The notes beneath the pieces were generated by a model. That model ran no database searches, had not been told where the DNA came from, and saw only the letters and a program-made list of their open reading frames with translations. From Perna viridis (Eukaryota): a stretch of 64,000 nt of DNA. The position numbers were made by a program, and so were the translations under genes. The stretch lies in contig CM074512.1 in assembly GCA_037379345.1 (NCBI GenBank), forward strand, positions 63,075,597 through 63,139,596, written 5' to 3'. Of this stretch, positions 59,407 to 64,000 are shown in pieces. Positions within the stretch are counted from its first letter, which is position 1. Each line of letters opens with the position of its first letter.

Positions 59407-61224
59407 AACTACTTCAATAACAATACTTAATATCAACAAATCAACAGAATTTGTGAGGCTGTAAAATTAAAGTAAATGGATTTACTGCTCTTCTTAACCC
59501 TATATATATATATGTATACATGTAAAATTCTGTATTGTAAAAAATATTATGGGATACATCACAACAAAATTCTTAATTCTTGAATCCAAAATTGTTACTG
59601 ATTTCACAGAACAAGTAGACCAGATTAAAATTGTCAGACATAATGTGTATGTTTCAAAAAATAAATTTCACATATCAGGCCAAAATAATAAAATATCCTA
59701 GATTTTCATCTCCTGACCCAATTTTTCATCCTAGATTCTCATCCCCTCCCGACTCAATTTTTTCACCCTCCCCAAAAAATTTATTTTGACATTTTCCCAA
59801 TTTAGGACAATTTCTTTCAAATTGACATCATTTTTCATTTAAATTGATTAAAAATAAAAAAAATAAAATTCAAAAAATGATGGATGATAATCTTGGAATA
59901 TTTCTATAACAAGCAGTTATTACAATATCATATAACCTATTAATAAATCATTTTTTGAGCTGAAGTTACAGTAAGTAAAGAATAAAAGACTGAAGTATTG
60001 ACTAGATGAAAGAGCACCAATCCTAAAATATACCCACCACTTTCGAAAAAAAGCCTATAGATGCAATGTACAAATAAATAAGAAATGATACAGACAAAAA
60101 TTACAAGGGGAAATATACTAAATACCAAACTGTGCCCAAATATATTAATTATATCGTATACAGTGATTTTCTAAGAGCTTTTTTAACTACAGTGAAACTT
60201 CTCTATACGAAACCCATTATGCACTGGACTTTGTCCAGTTTAGACAGGTGTTTGGTATAACCATGTTAAATTAGCATGAAGAACATAAAAAAGATATTTG
60301 GTTTAGACAGGTTTTTTGCTGTAATAAGGGTTCAGTTTAGACAGGTTTCATGATACAAGATTCACCTGTTTTAGATCCTGTATCAGGTTATCAATCTTCA
60401 AAACATTCAACAGGTTAAAAGTTGAGTTTAGACTGGTTTCACTAGAATTACAAGCACTCAAGGATAATAACAGTGATCACCCAAAACATGCCTCTGCAGA
60501 GGACAGGCGATCTAGAACATCTCTGTACGACATATGAATACTCTAAATAGAGAAAATTTTACAAGAAGCAGACATATATAATATAAAGAAAAATACAGTA
60601 TTGACAGACAAAGTGATTCAAAAAAGGAAACACATTTATGAATATTGAAATCCTTACTTATAGCAGGATCTTCATATACAATGTATCAATAAGAATTGTA
60701 AAATGGGATATAACATAACAAAAAATAACATTTGCCAAAAACAAATACTGAATTCACCAGATTGTAAGAAATATGTTTAAAACTTTTTGCTGATCTCTCA
60801 AGTTGAATCAGTATATAGCATTTTACTTGGGCTTTAAAAACGAAAATTCCATTAATATCATTTACATGTAAGAATGAAAAAAATTATTCTAATATCATTA
60901 AACATCAAGAAATAAAGACAATTTCATTCATTCAAGAAAAACTTGAAATTTACTTTAATATCAGAAATAAATGAAATCATTATCAAAACTCATATCCCAA
61001 CAAAAGTGCACTATTGCAGTCAATGGAGAATCATAAGATATTGCACACTAAATTGTAATAACAATTTATACAAAATATAAAATACAATTACACCAAATTG
61101 ACCAATACACAACTCAGAATACAATCGCTGATATGTTCCTTGGAATGTATATCACATATGATTTTAAAGCATAGAACACAGATTATTTTTAAGAAACATT
61201 TTAGTTTGAATGAAAGTTACATAT

Positions 61225-61421
61225 ACATAGCCAAATGTACCACACATGAAAATGATATGGTTTGCAACATATGATCATCATATGCCTTTGACAAACATAT
61301 GTTTATCATATGTTTCAAAGCCAAAATTAACATATGATAAACATATAACTATTATATGTTAATTACCCTATGATTATTAAAGCACTAAATGATTATCATA
61401 TGTGACATATTTGGCTGTGTA
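61225..61421. mobile_element. Small TIR element (AGCCAAATGT...ATTTGGCT); second copy ~54176-54370
   Basis: Inverted termini and shared catatgttgcaaacca core in opposite orientation. Confidence 0.55.
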
Positions 61422-63301
61422 CACCTCTATTATGTTTATAAACCTGGGTACAACAGTATACCCTCATCCTTTAGGGCAGGGAAATAAAAATCTTCGAGTC
61501 CTAACGGCTATTAAATTTCGAATTCAACACATAATAGTTATACTCCTGACCATAATATTGCAATCAATACTGACTTCTGAACATTACTACCAGTGTTCTA
61601 GGATTTTTCAGAAATTGACGTTTCCTTGGGAAAAATCCATATAAAACCAACTTTCCCACAGTCAATGACTGCTTTCCTAACAAAACAAATCCTTACAGCA
61701 TATGAAGTTTTCACTTGCCACAGGAAAGTATAACTAAGTACTAAACTTTCTCTGATCCAAATTTCACTTGCCCCGGGTAACGGGAACTAGGAATCCTAGA
61801 ACACTGTGCTACCTCGCAATGCCACAGAATGAAATGCATAAGCACAAATATAACAGATTTTAATGAACAGCCTAAGTCAATTTTTTTGGTAGATCGAAAG
61901 TTTCATGTCAAAATAGTTTTAAAAAAATACAAATACAAACAACAAAGCACCAGACATTCTCGATACTGAATTTTAAGATTCAAGCTCCTGAGAAAACATG
62001 AATTACCTAACACTATCTAATAAAACAATCCCAGTCAGCATAAACATACCTAACACACTAACAGTAAAACAATCTACCAAACTAATCTAAAGAAAGGCAT
62101 GCTCCACAGAACTATATATATTGCTCATCTTCATGAAGACACAAAACTTATGCAAAAATATTTTGTATTGTTACATTACATTGAAAAAAATCATGATACA
62201 TGTATAAGTACGCAAATTGTAGTTTGGAACAGCATGAAAAAGTGCTTTAAGCACAATGTGGCTTAGATGTTGCCAATAAACAACATAACATCAATTTTGG
62301 ATATCTTTACAAAAAAATATCAAGAATCACATCCCACCATAATTATAAGGGTTAGCTGTAATTGTGTAATACTATCTGTTTCAACTGAAAACTACCATTA
62401 TTCTGTATTTACTTTCTAATCAAATTAATGCAAAACTAATCTTTCAAAGTTTTCAAATAATCATAATACGATCATTTAATAAGAAAAGATTTTAGTAACA
62501 AATACAAATTGACAATAAGCCAGAACCAAGATAAGAAAAAAAAAATGGCCTGCATGTAACAATGAACTCATTCTTTAATATGGTTTTCTCTATTTATGAT
62601 ATCTATTAACAGTTCCTACATACAGCCTAGCATAAATATTACATTAATTATCTACTAAGATTAACTGCTAAAGTTATTACTCTAAATTCAGAAATTATTG
62701 TTTTATTGTTGACTTTAATTATTGTGATTTTGTCATAATTAAAAGCAAAAATGTGATTTTAATTTTTGCGATTTAGAGAAAAAAATCCCACATCAATTCA
62801 GTAAAACATTCCATAATGCAAGCATAAATTATATATACTACAACTTTTATGTCCATTACATTTTTTGCAATGATAAAAACACAACAATAATTTCTAACTT
62901 TACTGTGTTCTGTCAGTTTGTGTTCAGCATCCAGGAGAACTAAAGGTACCAAAGTTGAAAATAGAATTTTATTTTGGCTAAAAAGTTTTATCTCAGTATG
63001 ATAATGATTTTTTTAGACTCAGATCTAGAGAGAGAAAGTTTTAATCAGTGAATCAGTATATTTTCAATAATGAAGGCTTTACTACACATTCAGTGGTTCT
63101 TTTCACAAAAAATTGTACCTGTAAGTGTAAATTGGTTGTAAACTATCAAAAATGTCACGATACTATTCTCTTCAATGACATCACAACTTGCAACCTATTT
63201 TTACACTTAAAATTTTTGTGAAATTGACTACTAAATTTACATATACACTTGCAATTGTACCTAATATACCTAAGATTTCGCCTAATTATAGCCCTTCATA
63301 C

Positions 63302-63691
63302 TTATCGATTTGGCATTTTATCAAAGGCAAATGAATTGTCCTTGAAATTGACTACCAAAACCGAGATATTATCCAGAGATCCTTTGTAATATGCCTGAAG
63401 GACAAGACTCTTTGCCCCAAAATGAGGCTCGTGTAATCGCTCACGGATATAATCCACAGCTTCTTGGTTGCTGAAGACATCCCATAATCCATCCGTAGCA
63501 AGAATCAAGAACTGAGGTTGAAGGTCATTGATGTTAAAGGTTAAAATGTCAGGGTTGGCTATGACAAGGTTTTTATCTTTTAGAGGGTAGTCTCCAAAAG
63601 CACGAGAGGTTGCTAAGATACCAGCTACTCTCCAAACACCATTAAAACTGACAAACCCACCTGCCTCTCTTATTCGCTTTCTTTCCTGAAT
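63302..63691 (-). CDS. PPM1L: Protein phosphatase 1L (PP2C-epsilon), terminal coding exon; gene continues beyond window
   Basis: tttcag|IQERKRIREAGGFVSFNGVWRVAGILATSRAFGDYPLKDKNLVIANPDILTF...FLILATDGLWDVFSNQEAV..IRERLHEPHFGAKSLVLQAYYKGSLDNISV...; PP2C DGLWD and DNI motifs plus the PPM1L-type EPHFGAKS. Confidence 0.92.
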   Translation of the reverse strand: MQERKRIREAGGFVSFNGVWRVAGILATSRAFGDYPLKDKNLVIANPDILTFNINDLQPQFLILATDGLWDVFSNQEAVDYIRERLHEPHFGAKSLVLQAYYKGSLDNISVLVVNFKDNSFAFDKMPNR

Positions 63692-64000
63692 CTGAAATAA
63701 GTATAAAATTATTTTTCATTCATCCAAAATTACCACATTTTAATTAAAACAAAAAACAAAATACATATAAAAACTTCCATGAAAATTTTCATCAAATTAA
63801 AGTGTTAGCAATACTAAATACATATACGTCCATGCAAGTTTTCACAATCTTTTTACTAAACATATATGTATCACTACACAGATCTTTTGGTGTAAATTAA
63901 AAGAAAACCAGTTAGAAAATGGTATTGTTGTATAATGTCTATGTGAAACCTTATTTAAAAAAACTTGTAAAGTACCTATACATCTCTCCAAACTTTGTAT

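Noticed and set aside
1-64000. tRNA, rRNA, snoRNA or autonomous transposase/RT genes
   Set aside because: None recognisable by eye; a covariance-model search (Infernal/Rfam, tRNAscan-SE) would be needed to exclude small intronic RNAs.

Overview
AT-rich eukaryotic genomic DNA, most likely a bivalve mollusc (Mytilus-like; inferred from base composition, the TACATGTA excess and repeat families). All genes are on the minus strand. (1) A complete MED12/kohtalo gene: 40 coding exons traced by hand from 55642 to 14754, all GT-AG, with consistent phases, 6165 nt / 2054 aa. (2) The terminal exon of a PP2C phosphatase, PPM1L (63691-63302). (3) An uncharacterised 335-aa basic protein with ~35-37-aa repeats (8764-7757). 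Introns carry many non-autonomous DNA transposons (TA- and TTAA-flanked MITEs, foldbacks, Helentron/HINE-like elements) and minisatellites. The most striking unexplained structure is five MED12 exon-intron junctions (donors of exons 24, 27, 38; acceptors of exons 31, 36) that have each been tandemly amplified 2-12 extra times into the intron. These form arrays of decoy splice sites, including a ready-made in-frame 51-nt exon copy and AG|GT ratchet-like sites. Coordinates are hand-read and may be off by a few bases for repeats. No prokaryotic features, CRISPR or RNA genes were supported.
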